DNA from: Octopus bimaculoides
Taxonomy: Eukaryota
DNA: 64,000 nt
Assembly: GCF_001194135.2 (NCBI RefSeq)
Contig: NC_068985.1
Location: 58,023,057 to 58,087,056 of the forward strand
Direction of reading: 5' to 3'
The first letter of the stretch is position 1, and every line of letters begins with the position of its first letter. This document shows positions 12,416 to 24,302 of this stretch, piece after piece. A model generated the notes under the pieces. That model was not told where the DNA came from, did no database searches, and saw only the letters and a list, made by a program, of their open reading frames with translations. The translations under genes were made by a program, and so were the position numbers.

Positions 12416-14644
12416 TTAGGAGTTTTGTTATGTATTTGTCTGAATATTTTTTTATTATACCTAAGGCACCTACTATGATAGGAATTGTTTCTGTTTTTAG
12501 ATTCCACATTCGAGTTACCTCTATTTCCAGGTCTTTGTATTTTGAAAGTTTTTCCATTTCTTTTAGGGAAACGTTGTCATCTGCTGGTATTGATACATCA
12601 ATTAGAAAGCATTTTTTTTTCTTCATGATCTTTGACAACTATATCTGGTCTATTTTCCTTAATTTCTGTATCTGTGTGAATTGGCATATCTCAGAGTATG
12701 GTTGCTTTCTCGTTTTCTGTGACCTTTTCTGGCGTGTGTTTATACCATCTTTTTTCTGTTGTTATTCCATAGTGTTGGCATAGCTTCCAGTGTATATAGG
12801 TCCCAGCTCTTTCATGTATGTGAATATATTCCTTCTTAGCCAGGACTGGGCAGCCAGAGATAATATGATTTATTGTTTCTTGTCCATTGCCTCATATTCT
12901 ACAGTTACTTGTTATGTTTCTTTTCATTATATGTTTTTGGTAATTTCTGGTGAGGAGGCTTTGGTCTTGTGCAAGAATTTAAATATCCTTCAGTCTTTGC
13001 TTTGAGTCCTGAGCTTCTCCACCATTGCTGGGATTTTTCTCTGTCTATTTCTTTTGCAGTTAGTTTAGCCCAGTATTTACCATGTAGGGGCTTTTCTTGC
13101 CATCGTTTTATCATGGTCCGTTGCTGTTCTAATTTTAGTTTGGATTTCATTTGTTTTATAGCTTTTCTTATTTCTTCTTCTTCTTCGTATTTGTTAGGTA
13201 GTATGATTTCTTGTTTGTATTTGTCAGCTTCCTTAAATACTGAAAACAGTTTTTTTGTTTTGCTCGTGTTTTGTGGCTATTTGTATTAGTTTTNNNNNNN
13301 NNNNNNNNNNNNNNNNNNNNNNNNNNNNNNNNNNNNNNNNNNNNNNNNNNNNNNNNNNNNNNNNNNNNNNNNNNNNNNNNNNNNNNNNNNNNNNNNNNNN
13401 NNNNNNNNNNNNNNNNNNNNNNNNNNNNNNNNNNNNNNNNNNNNNNNNNNNNNNNNNNNNNNNNNNNNNNNNNNNNNNNNNNNNNNNNNNNNNNNNNNNN
13501 NNNNNNNNNNNNNNNNNNNNNNNNNNNNNNNNNNNNNNNNNNNNNNNNNNNNNNNNNNNNNNNNNNNNNNNNNNNNNNNNNNNNNNNNNNNNNNNNNNNN
13601 NNNNNNNNNNNNNNNNNNNNNNNNNNNNNNNNNNNNNNNNNNNNNNNNNNNNNNNNNNNNNNNNNNNNNNNNNNNNNNNNNNNNNNNNNNNNNNNNNNNN
13701 NNNNNNNNNNNNNNNNNNNNNNNNNNNNNNNNNNNNNNNNNNNNNNNNNNNNNNNNNNNNNNNNNNNNNNNNNNNNNNNNNNNNNNNNNNNNNNNNNNNN
13801 NNNNNNNNNNNNNNNNNNNNNNNNNNNNNNNNNNNNNNNNNNNNNNNNNNNNNNNNNNNNNNNNNNNNNNNNNNNNNNNNNNNNNNNNNNNNNNNNNNNN
13901 NNNNNNNNNNNNNNNNNNNNNNNNNNNNNNNNNNNNNNNNNNNNNNNNNNNNNNNNNNNNNNNNNNNNNNNNNNNNNNNNNNNNNNNNNNNNNNNNNNNN
14001 NNNNNNNNNNNNNNNNNNNNNNNNNNNNNNNNNNNNNNNNNNNNNNNNNNNNNNNNNNNNNNNNNNNNNNNNNNNNNNNNNNNNNNNNNNNNNNNNNNNN
14101 NNNNNNNNNNNNNNNNNNNNNNNNNNNNNNNNNNNNNNNNNNNNNNNNNNNNNNNNNNNNNNNNNNNNNNNNNNNNNNNNNNNNNNNNNNNNNNNNNNNN
14201 NNNNNNNNNNNNNNNNNNNNNNNNNNNNNNNNNNNNNNNNNNNNNNNNNNNNNNNNNNNNNAAGGCTTTGTAGATCGTAGGGAGACAGGTTATAGGTCTA
14301 CAGTTTTGTGGTTTCTCTGTTTCCGTGGATTTGGAAATTAAGATGATTTTCCCTTTCGGGAGCCATTCAGGCATTGTCTCTGGCTCTGCTAGTATGTTGT
14401 TAAAGTTTTCTGTCAGCTTTTTATGCATTCCTGTCAGGTGTTTTAACCAGAAATTGGGGATCTTGTCGTGCCCAGGTGCCTTCCAGTTGCTTTGTCTTTG
14501 CAGTGTCTGGGTGACCTCTTCAGTTGTTATAGGGGTCCAGAGTTGCTCAGGTGCTAAGTTCGTTGTTTTAATGGTCCTTTTTTGGGGTTGTTGCTTCACC
14601 GACCATATTTTGTTACAGAATTGTTCCAGTCCTTCTGTTGTTGG

Positions 14645-14646
<2 letters not shown>
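12416..14646 (-). mobile_element. RLE-type LINE, subfamily B, RT to endonuclease (assembly gap 13294-14261)
   Basis: NWKAPGHDKIPNFWLK and RPITCLPTIYK (RT N-terminus), WQEKPLHGKY, SGLKAKTEG, then CFLIDVSIPADDNVSLKEMEKLSKYKDLEIEVTRMWNLKTETIPIIVGALG (PD-(D/E)xK RLE domain). Confidence 0.95.
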
Positions 14647-14720
<74 letters not shown>

Positions 14721-14736
14721 GTTATTATTATTATTG

Positions 14737-14996
14737 TTCAGTTGTTTTATTTTTATAACGTGCTTTCACTTCACTATCGAGCGCAGCTCTGTGCGCCTTG
14801 GGTATGTGCAGTGGTTTGCTGTGGTTTGCTGTGGCTTTATCTAGTGTTATATTGCTACTTTTAACTAATTTTCCTCTTTTCAGGGTTGCTTTCGCATATT
14901 TTTCTAATCCGAATTTCATATCTATTTCCTTGGTAAAGCCGTGTAGTAGTGTTTCTAGCTCTTTGTCATTTTCGTAAAGCCGTGTACTTTGCGAAA
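14737..14996 (-). mobile_element. RLE-type LINE subfamily B, short internally deleted copy (RT piece fused to a putative 3' UTR)
   Basis: HGFTKEIDMKFGLEKYAKATLKRGKLVKSSNITLDK is near-identical to 45480-45600. It joins at ~14836 to a non-coding end with an (AAT)n tail at 14647-14736. Confidence 0.85.
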
Positions 14997-15058
<62 letters not shown>

Positions 15059-15096
15059 CATTATTATTATTATTATTATGTCTATTATTATCATTA

Positions 15097-15347
15097 TTTA
15101 CTTTTAATCTACATGTTTGATACAATGAATTGCCGAGATACACCGAGCTTTCTAGGGCGAATGAAGGACAACACATGTTAAAGTACTAGAGAAAGCTTTG
15201 AGAGGGGAAGTAGTAAAATATATTCATGTAGTACAATACTGACATTTAAATTGATAGTTTTTTTCTAAGGATGATGGTAGTACTTGTCAGCACATTGTTT
15301 CTGTGAGTCATAGTTCTCTTGGGATGTTTAGGAGTTTCTGACATGTC
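15097..15347 (-). mobile_element. RLE-type LINE subfamily A, 3' end only
   Basis: C-terminus VLTSTTIILRK..SI and a 3' UTR alignable to 11171-11320. (AAT)n tail at 14997-15096. Confidence 0.75.
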
Positions 15348-15349
15348 TT

Positions 15350-15715
15350 TCTTATTCTTATTATTTCTTTTCAAACTCAAGTCTTAGTGGAAGTCCTTGA
15401 GTTTTGCATGCGTGACGGGCTTGCTGCCCACAGTACCATGTTATCTGGTTTTTCAACTATATAGTACTTTCCTGACGATTCTGGTTGTGCCAAGAAGGTA
15501 AAAAAATGTTAACCACTCTGCAAGACATTTTATCCAGATTTCCTTTATATTGCACTTGATGGCTTTTTGTCTTGTACACAAGAACTCAACAATAATTGGC
15601 TCTATCTTCACCTTTTTTTCATTTTCCATAGTCGGATTACTTCATACGTAAGTGGGTTGTAAATGTCGATTTGTTCCCCTGCCTTCTTGACCATCTGTGA
15701 GTCAAGGGGGGACGG
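15350..15715 (-). mobile_element. RLE-type LINE, further subfamily, endonuclease C-terminus and 3' end
   Basis: PLDSQMVKKAGEQIDIYNPLTYEVIRLWKMK-KVKIEPIIV...LLGTTRIVRKVL, with a short AAT-like tail at ~15348-15372. Confidence 0.75.
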
Positions 15716-16469
15716 AAAATCAGTTATATAGCACATGTGGTTCACCTTGTCCACCACCAGTGGTCGTAGCTGTGATGCTGGTGAATGTGATGATGATAGA
15801 GGATGGTGGTGTTGAACGTAATGGTGGGGATGGTTTATATTTTAGTGATGGCAATAGTGGTGGTGACGGAGGCTTATGTGACCGAGATGTCGATGTCTGT
15901 AGTGGCTACAATTTTTACTGAAATGACGATGATGACGGCAATGATGATGTCCATTATGGATTGAGTGTGCTGATCTGAGATGTGTCTGGTATGTATTACG
16001 AAAGGAGATATCATTTCCAGGAATATTATTGTTCGTCGTAGAATTAACGGCAGTTGTGTTGGTAGCGGTGACAGTAGTAGTATTTGTGTTAGTTTTGGTT
16101 ATAGCAGCAGTAAATGGAAAAAATAGTTATTTTGACATGTAAAAATATCGACTATTTCCTATTTTGGAAATGCGGTGTTCTAAACGATTGGTGTTGGCAA
16201 CTAACATATTCTATAAAGCCAACTAGGAATGGTATTTGTGCAGAAAGGAAACATATATCATACACTCATGTCAGTGATACACTAAAGCGGTTTTCTTGGT
16301 TTCAATTTGAACATCACACACGGGAGTAACATACGACACTTATAGTCATAATTAAGCAATTGTATACAAAAGCATACTCACGTGCGCGCACACCCACGCA
16401 TGCGCGCACACAAACACACACGCATACACATGAATGGGAGACTGAAACTGTAATCGAAAAAAACGCTTA

Positions 16470-17625
16470 TTTACACATACATACATGCATGCATACGTAT
16501 AAAATATATACATACATACACACATACATACACCCTAACCCTCTTCTGGACCTGCAATAGACACCTTACAACACACATAGAAGTATATGCCTTCGCTATC
16601 CAGGAACAGTAGGTAGTTTCTAAGACGGACAAAAATACCACCAAACATCTCTGTTGTGATAAAAAAATATTGGCTCTGCTGTACAAGTGTGAAAGATATC
16701 ACCTACATAAACATCAGCTGCCCCTAAATATCTACGAGATACCACCTGCCCCTGAGGCATGATATATATGCAAAAACATATTTACAATGCTATCCGTAGG
16801 AAGGACAGTCCTGACGTGTACATCAGAGGCATGTCAGAACCAGCAGGTATTCACACTTTTCAAATCTATAAAAAAATATACTGGTGGCGCACGTCAGTAG
16901 AAACATCATTTCAGTGCAAACATAACAGGTCTGATATTGTTCTGTGGGGCAGGAAACAAGTCCAGGAAAAGGATAACACACATGGCGACTGAATGTGGAA
17001 CTTAAAGCTATTCTACCCTGATTATGAATTCTCAGTTTTTTCATATCATTATAGGCGCATTAACTTATGTACCAACATTTTTGCTCAAAACCTTAAAAAT
17101 ACACAACTTCGTGGAGGAAGAGCAAAAGACACTAACGCGTATTTTTCAAATCCAATCTATTGTAAAAAAATATTGGCTCTGCTGTACAAGTGTGAAAGAT
17201 ATCACCTACATAAACATCAGCTGCCCCTAAATATCTACGAGATACTACCTGCCCCTGAGGCATGATATATATGCAANNNNNNNNNNACATCAGCTGCCCC
17301 TAAATATCTACGAGATACTACCTGCCCCTGAGGCATGATATATATGCAAAAACATATTTACAATGCTATCCGTAGGAAGGACAGTCCTGACGTGTACATC
17401 GGAGGCATGTCAGAACCAGCAGGTATTCACACTTTTCAAATCAGAGATGTTTGGTGGTATTTTTGTCCGTCTTAGAAACTACCTACTGTTCCTGGATAGC
17501 GAAGGCATATACTTCTATGTGTGTTGTAAGGTGTCTATTGCAGGTCCAGAAGAGGGTTAGGGTGTATGTATGTGTGTATGTATGTATATATTTTATACGT
17601 ATGCATGCATGTATGTATGTGTAAA
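16470..17625. repeat. Inverted repeat, 184-bp arms (16470-16653 and 17442-17625)
   Basis: Arms read by eye as exact reverse complements, including the (ATAC)n microsatellite. Confidence 0.9.
16532..17441 (+). mobile_element. RLE-type LINE 3' region on the plus strand, rearranged (internal direct duplication)
   Basis: AFAIQEQ, degenerate CCHC (YWLCCTSVKDITYINISCP), PLRHD, KHNRSDIVLW, IIIGALTYVP. Segment 16660-16866 is repeated at 17163-17442. Confidence 0.8.
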
Positions 17626-17704
17626 GTTCCAGCTGCTTCGTATATTGGATGCACTATAAACCTATAAAGTACAAAGCTGATAGTCTATTATGCGTATGTA
17701 TGTG

Positions 17705-17736
<32 letters not shown>

Positions 17737-17776
17737 TGTATGTATGAATGTATGTATGTATGCATGTATGTATGTA

Positions 17777-17854
<78 letters not shown>

Positions 17855-17884
17855 CTTGTGTGTGTGTGTGTTTGTTTGCATTTG

Positions 17885-18070
17885 TGTTCTGTGTTTGTCC
17901 GCAACCACCGATTGTCAACTGGTGTGTTTACGCCCCCGTAACATAGCATTTTTGGTGAATGACCGATAGAATAAGTACCAAGCTTAAAACAAAAATAAGT
18001 GTTGTTTGCCTCATTCGAGTGAAATTCCTTAGGGCGGTAATCATCTATGGCTGCATTCAAATGACAGAAA
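17885..18070 (+). mobile_element. SINE 3' module (same family as 7195-7388), diverged
   Basis: GTTTACGCCCCCGTAAC...GACCGATAGAATAAGTAC...CAAATGACAGAAA. Further decayed copies at ~18640-18790 (+), ~27500-27612 (-), ~34410-34465 (-), ~43680-43730 (-) and ~60062-60185 (-). Confidence 0.65.
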
Positions 18071-19429
18071 TAATGATGCGCCATATACGTGTACTGAAAT
18101 ATCTCCCTTTAAATCTTTCTCAATCTGAAACATAATTCTGTCGTTTTTTGATTTTTGCTTTTACCGCTTGTGTGGACGAGTGTTCTTGACAACTATTGTC
18201 TGTTGATTGACCTAGCAATCTATTAATTCAACTATTCCTAACCTATTCGTCTGCATGATTTCGTTTTTCGCCTCTACAATCATTTCGTTACATTGTCATC
18301 TACTCAATGTGGTAACTTGTCTATTGAACGTTGCAGATTAAATAGTTTAATAAGAAATCAGTTGACTTTCTTCAACCACAAATGACCTTTTGTTTCTTCT
18401 GTTATAATGTAATTTGCAAGTAACTTTGATCGTTATTTCCTACTTTTCTATTCTATTAGTTGAAACCATTGTAAGGAGCCTTTATACTCAACATACTGAT
18501 ACTGACATAAAAATTTAACACACACACGCTCACACGCACATACACATACACGCACATACACAGAGGTAAACACATATATAGACATATACTTACAAATATA
18601 TATGCACACAAATATATGTGTGCATGTGCCTGCATTTAGTCACTCTCACCAGCTTGACAACCGGTCTGTCTTTGTCTCCGCAACCGGATGGCTCAGCAAA
18701 AGAGTGTTTGAATACGGACCAGAAATCTATATAAACAATATAAAAAACGAAATTTAAAAATGCTCTGAGAGTCGATTTCTTCTACTCAATCGTTCAACGT
18801 GTATGCTAGCACGAGGAAAGTCCAATGATTGACACAAATAAAGGAAATGGGTATCAAATATTGTTTTTTCTGTCTTTTGTCACCAAGCTCACGCCACTTG
18901 GTTGTTCTTCTGAAACTGCATTTCCTCATCAATTTCTGCATTCATAACATGAATTAATGGTTTTAAATTTTCGTACAAGGGCCCATAATTATTAAGGAAG
19001 ATGGGCTCAATCGTTTACATCGATTTCAGTTTTGAATTACTACTTATAATACGTGTCGGAAACAAGAGCAAGTAAGTCATTCCGAAATACATTACTGATT
19101 AATGTAAACACGATTTTAACTTAGACTAGCAATAGAGGAATGGGCAGCGTCTAACATGCTGATTATTGCAGTTAATTTATTTTTTATCTGAATGCAGGTT
19201 TGTCAGAGTGGTTAAAAATTCTGTCAAGCTGTTTGAGGTTCCTTGTTTGGAACTAAAGTATTTTGCCTTGTCTATGGATCATCCCACATTTTCTGACTGA
19301 ATTTGGTTTAAAAGCGACTATACAGAAGCCCGTAAACATAGACCGTAACTATAATTGAAACGACCGACTCCGTCAGAATGTGTCACGATAAATCTACTTG
19401 AGAACTGCGTTAAGAATACATGTATATAT

Positions 19430-19503
<74 letters not shown>

Positions 19504-20689
19504 ACACACACACATAAGCACATACACCCATATATCCCCACTTGCCCTTATTTCTGAACGTACCTGTGTTTAAATTTAATTGCAATTCTTCGAAATTGGG
19601 GAATTACCTAGTTATAATATTAAAGGCGACCAAATCATTGCAATGGAATCTCGATCATATACTGTTTATGATACTTCGTTTTATAAACCGAGTAGATATT
19701 GAAACCTGTGCGTGTTGACTGATTTGTAATCGAGAGCAACAAAATCTAATACATTGCAGTTTGGCATCTTGATAATACGTCTTAAGCAGGCTGTAGTTTG
19801 ATCGCATTATTTTTGGATACAGTAAATGGATTGGAACAGGATTTATTGTAAGTCATTTTTATCAGAGCAGGTCTGGAGGGGTCCAGGTGCACAACTGCTA
19901 AATTTTGGTGATTGTAGCAGCAGGATATTTACTTGTCATGACTATGATATACAAATGTATTTTCATACGTTTTCCTAAAATGTATATAGGATCATTTATC
20001 ACAACAAACAAGCATTCGGACATATATGTGTTTTCTCTATCTAGGTTATACATTTAATAAATTCAGTCTGAAACGAAGCTCTGCAGAAATACATAAACGA
20101 TGGATGCTTAATTAATTATCCTATAGACCTCTTTTGCCGAACCACTTAGTTACGGGGGCATAACATGGAAACACATACACAACACAAACATACACATTTC
20201 CGTGTACCAATTCCACTAACTAGGCTCTGGGCGTCCTGAGGCTATAAACACTTACCAAAGGAGCCACACCGTGGGACTGACTTCGGAAGCATGTGTTTGG
20301 AAGAACTGGTTCAAACGCATCCAGCTGATTGAAGCCCGCTAAAAAGGATCTATATGCCGCCAGATAGTGGCTTTTAAAACAGATGACAGATTACGTAAAC
20401 CATCCAATTAGACCGTGACGGTGTCTCAAATCAGGAATCTGGTGTTACGATTGTTTAATACATTTACTATACATATTTCAGTAATAGTACTTCCAGCTTT
20501 CAGGGCCATTTCCTTGAAGAGTTTTGTCTCACAAATCGACGCCAGTACTTGCGTTTTAAGTTTGGTAATATTCTATCAGTTGCTTTATCCAAACCGCTAA
20601 TTCTCGGAGGCAAACAAAAGGACACGCACGCGCACACAGAAACACACACACACAGAAACACACACACACATATATGATGGGTTATACAC

Positions 20690-20835
20690 AGATTCCGTCC
20701 AAGTAATTCTATCTCAAGGATTTAGTCAGTCCGAAATAAGGTAGAAGACACCTCTCCATGATACTATGCAGTGGGACTGAACAGGAAACTACGATAAAGT
20801 AAAACGAGCTTCTTAGTCACACAGCCAACCTTCAC
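20690..20835 (-). mobile_element. tRNA-derived SINE head/core, diverged
   Basis: Reverse complement aligns with the 63812 copy (GTAGAAGACAC..., GCAGTGGGACTGAAC). Another decayed copy at ~20120-20320. Confidence 0.6.
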
Positions 20836-21662
20836 CTACACATACAGTGTTAACTAAATTTCAATAGACACATTTTGTATAAGAATATAACATTAAAACA
20901 AAATACTATTAACGCTTAAACGATTTATAATAATAATAACGATGCAAGTACATACAAGAATATTATAGCAATTCAACGTATGCTTAATTCATGCATTGCA
21001 ATTTTTTTCCTTATGATTTTTTTTTATATGAAGCGCAAATTGTCAACTGAAATATGTATCGATATTTGAAGTAGTATTGATTTATATCGAGGTATATAGT
21101 TTATGGTGCTTCCTGTGTCGAATGTCATGAAAGACACTGAATATAGGTTATGTGAGTGGAATGTAGGTTACAAGACTAAATCCAAGAATGTGCGTGTGAT
21201 CAACGTATGCAGTGTAAAGCTTAGCAGACTGTGAAAAGCTTTCAATGAAGCGAAACTTGACTGATACTGTGAAATGGGAAGTTTCTGGAAAAGAGTCGTC
21301 GTTACATTTATGACTATGTATTACGGTTTTTTTTTTATAATTTCGTTGTATTTTATTGCTAGCAAATTCTTTGTTTCTCACTTTCTCTTTCTCTCTCTCC
21401 CTCTTCTTGTCCTCTCTCTTTTTTCTATCTTTCTTTCTCTCTCTCAATTTCTTTCTCTCTCTTTCTCTCTCTCCACCCACATACAAACATTCACATGCAA
21501 ACTTACTNNNNNNNNNNNNNNNNNNNNNNNNNNNNNNNNNNNNNNNNNNNNNNNNNNNNNNNNNNNNNNNNNNNNNNNNNNNNNNNNNNNNNNNNNNNNN
21601 NNNNNNNNNNNNNNNNNNNNNNNNNNNNNNNNNNNNNNNNNNNNNNNNNNNNNNNNNNNNNN

Positions 21663-21697
<35 letters not shown>

Positions 21698-23111
21698 TAG
21701 ATAGATAGATAGATAGATAGAGAGAGAGATGCTTGCTTACATTTGTATATACATATACGTGTATATGTATATTGCTATCTATCTAACTATATAGCTATCT
21801 ATGTCTATGTATCTGTTTGTGTAGTTAGATAAATAGATACACACATGTAAATATACAATTATTTGTGTGTATATGTGTGCGTGTCTAATAAAATCTATCT
21901 GAGAGGCTCCATATCTGCCTGTATATTGATACCAAATTAATATTTATGATTTGATAAATCTTTTATTTATTTTCATTTTTCACATTGAACTGAATCATTC
22001 TAGATATCTATCTGAGAAGGTGACGGGTGATTGAGCCACTCACACCATCTGTATACATTTATCAACGTACCTTGAATTATGCATGTATGCATCACAAGCA
22101 TTAGGACATGTGTGCGTGTATGTGTGTGGTATATATATATATATGCACTTACACACACACAGTATATATATACATACATCTGTATACATAAATGTGTAAT
22201 GTTGTCTGTTTGTATTTTTAGGGTTACTCTAAGTCCTCCCACACCGTCCAACCTATTTTAATGATTTTTGGCACATAGGTTGGTCACATGCATTGAAGTT
22301 CGTAATTTTTCAAAATTTCGATAATGCTCAGTCGGCATCGAATTTTGTGAGCGCAATAGGGCGTTTGAATGAAAATTTCCATAACGATGCTATTTTTCCT
22401 GCATTCTATTTTTTGCATTCTTTGTCCGATTTTGATGAAAATCGTTGAGTGAGCGAGGCTCTTGCAGTGAGTTGCTGTCAGTATATGGCATTGACAAAGA
22501 ATCGATAATTGCACCTGAGCAGTGGATTTATAAAATCAATAGACCGTAACTTTTATATTTATTATCCGATGTTAATGAAATTTGAGATGTAGATAAATTT
22601 TGTGGTGGAGGAGACGGTAAACGTGTGTATCTAATTCAATAGAGCTTGAAAAGGACACAAATGCAAACAAGCATTTCCTTAGATACATTCTTGTCGATTC
22701 TGTAGAAATGTTATTCGTGATTACAGCTTAGGTCCATTAGTTGATGCCAACATGAAGAGTTGACAAAAATTCGATAATTGCTTGTGAGCAGGTGATGTCA
22801 AGAAAATAATAGGCTACTTGCATGCAATTACCCATAGGATTAATATTTTATGCTGTAACTGTTACAGAATTCATCCGGTTTTGATGAAATTTGACATTTA
22901 GGTAAAGATTATGGTTGGAGTTATGTAGTAGAATTAAAATTAAACTGGTGAAAGGCAGAAAAGCTCAAAATTCACTCACAATAATATAATGAGCCGATTT
23001 TTAAGAAAGTTGACCCATGAGTAAAATTAAGCACTTTGACGGGAGTGTCCATCATCATCATCATAATCATCATCATATATGTATACACACACACACACAC
23101 ACACACACGCA

Positions 23112-23152
<41 letters not shown>

Positions 23153-23953
23153 ACATATATATATATATATATATNNNNNNNNNNNNNNNNNNNNNNNNNN
23201 NNNNNNNNNNNNNNNNNNNNNNNNNNNNNNNNNNNNNNNNNNNNNNNNNNNNNNNNNNNNNNNNNNNNNNNNNNNNNNNNNNNNNNNNNNNNNNNNNNNN
23301 NNNNNNNNNNNNNNNNNNNNNNNNNNNNNNNNNNNNNNNNNNNNNNNNNNNNNNNNNNNNNNNNNNNNNNNNNNNNNNNNNNNNNNNNNNNNNNNNNNNN
23401 NNNNNNNNNNNNNNNNNNNNNNNNNNNNNNNNNNNNNNNNNNNNNNNNNNNNNNNNNNNNNNNNNNNNNNNNNNNNNNNNNNNNNNNNNNNNNNNNNNNN
23501 NNNNNNNNNNNNNNNNNNNNNNNNNNNNNNNNNNNNNNNNNNNNNNNNNNNNNNNNNNNNNNNNNNNNNNNNNNNNNNNNNNNNNNNNNNNNNNNNNNNN
23601 NNNNNNNNNNNNNNNNNNNNNNNNNNNNNNNNNNNNNNNNNNNNNNNNNNNNNNNNNNNNNNNNNNNNNNNNNNNNNNNNNNNNNNNNNNNNNNNNNNNN
23701 NNNNNNNNNNNNNNNNNNNNNNNNNNNNNNNNNNNNNNNNNNNNNNNNNNNNNNNNNNNNNNNNNNNNNNNNNNNNNNNNNNNNNNNNNNNNNNNNNNNN
23801 NNNNNNNNNNNNNNNNNNNNNNNNNNNNNNNNNNNNNNNNNNNNNNNNNNNNNNNNNNNNNNNNNNNNNNNNNNNNNNNNNNNNNNNNNNNNNNNNNNNN
23901 NNNNNNNNNNNNNNNNNNNNNNNNNNNNNNNNNNNNNNNNNNNNNNNNNNNNN

Positions 23954-24078
23954 NGAGGCTTTAGTTGGCCCGAGGCTATAGTAGAAGACACTTGCCCAAG
24001 GTGCCATGCAGAGGGACTGAACTCGAAAGCATGTGGTTGGTAAGGAAGCTCTTTACCCCACAGCTACTCCTGCGCCTA
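23954..24078 (-). mobile_element. tRNA-derived SINE head/core
   Basis: Reverse complement AGGCGCAGGAGTAGCTGTGGGGTAA...GAGTTCAGTCCC (B-box-like)...GCACCTTGGGCAAGTGTCTTCTACTATAGCCTCGGGCC. Truncated by the gap. Confidence 0.85.
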
Positions 24079-24265
24079 TATGTGTATCTCTCTCTCTCTC
24101 TCACTCTCTCTGTGTGTCTCTCTCTCTTTATACACACACACGCACACACACACACACACACACATACACACACACATATATATATATATATATAATAAAT
24201 AAATAAATGCGCCCTTTTAAAGCCTAGCAAGGATTATGGGCCGGTTTCTCGATTACAATGGCATA

Positions 24266-24302
<37 letters not shown>

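Noticed and set aside
12153-12638. 161-aa ORF as a functional protein
   Set aside because: It is a fusion of two LINE relics with the domains in the wrong order and has no independent start context.
16533-16542. CCCTAACCCT telomere-like motif (also TTAGGTTAGG near 48464)
   Set aside because: Fewer than two full units; the first lies within LINE-derived sequence.
17277-17350. Apparent 62-bp tandem repeat around a 10-N gap
   Set aside because: Typical unmerged contig overlap (assembly artefact).
16660-17442. Repeat-spacer-repeat pattern considered as CRISPR-like or LTR-like
   Set aside because: The repeats are 207-bp pieces of LINE coding sequence, with no TG..CA ends, PBS/PPT or regular spacers.
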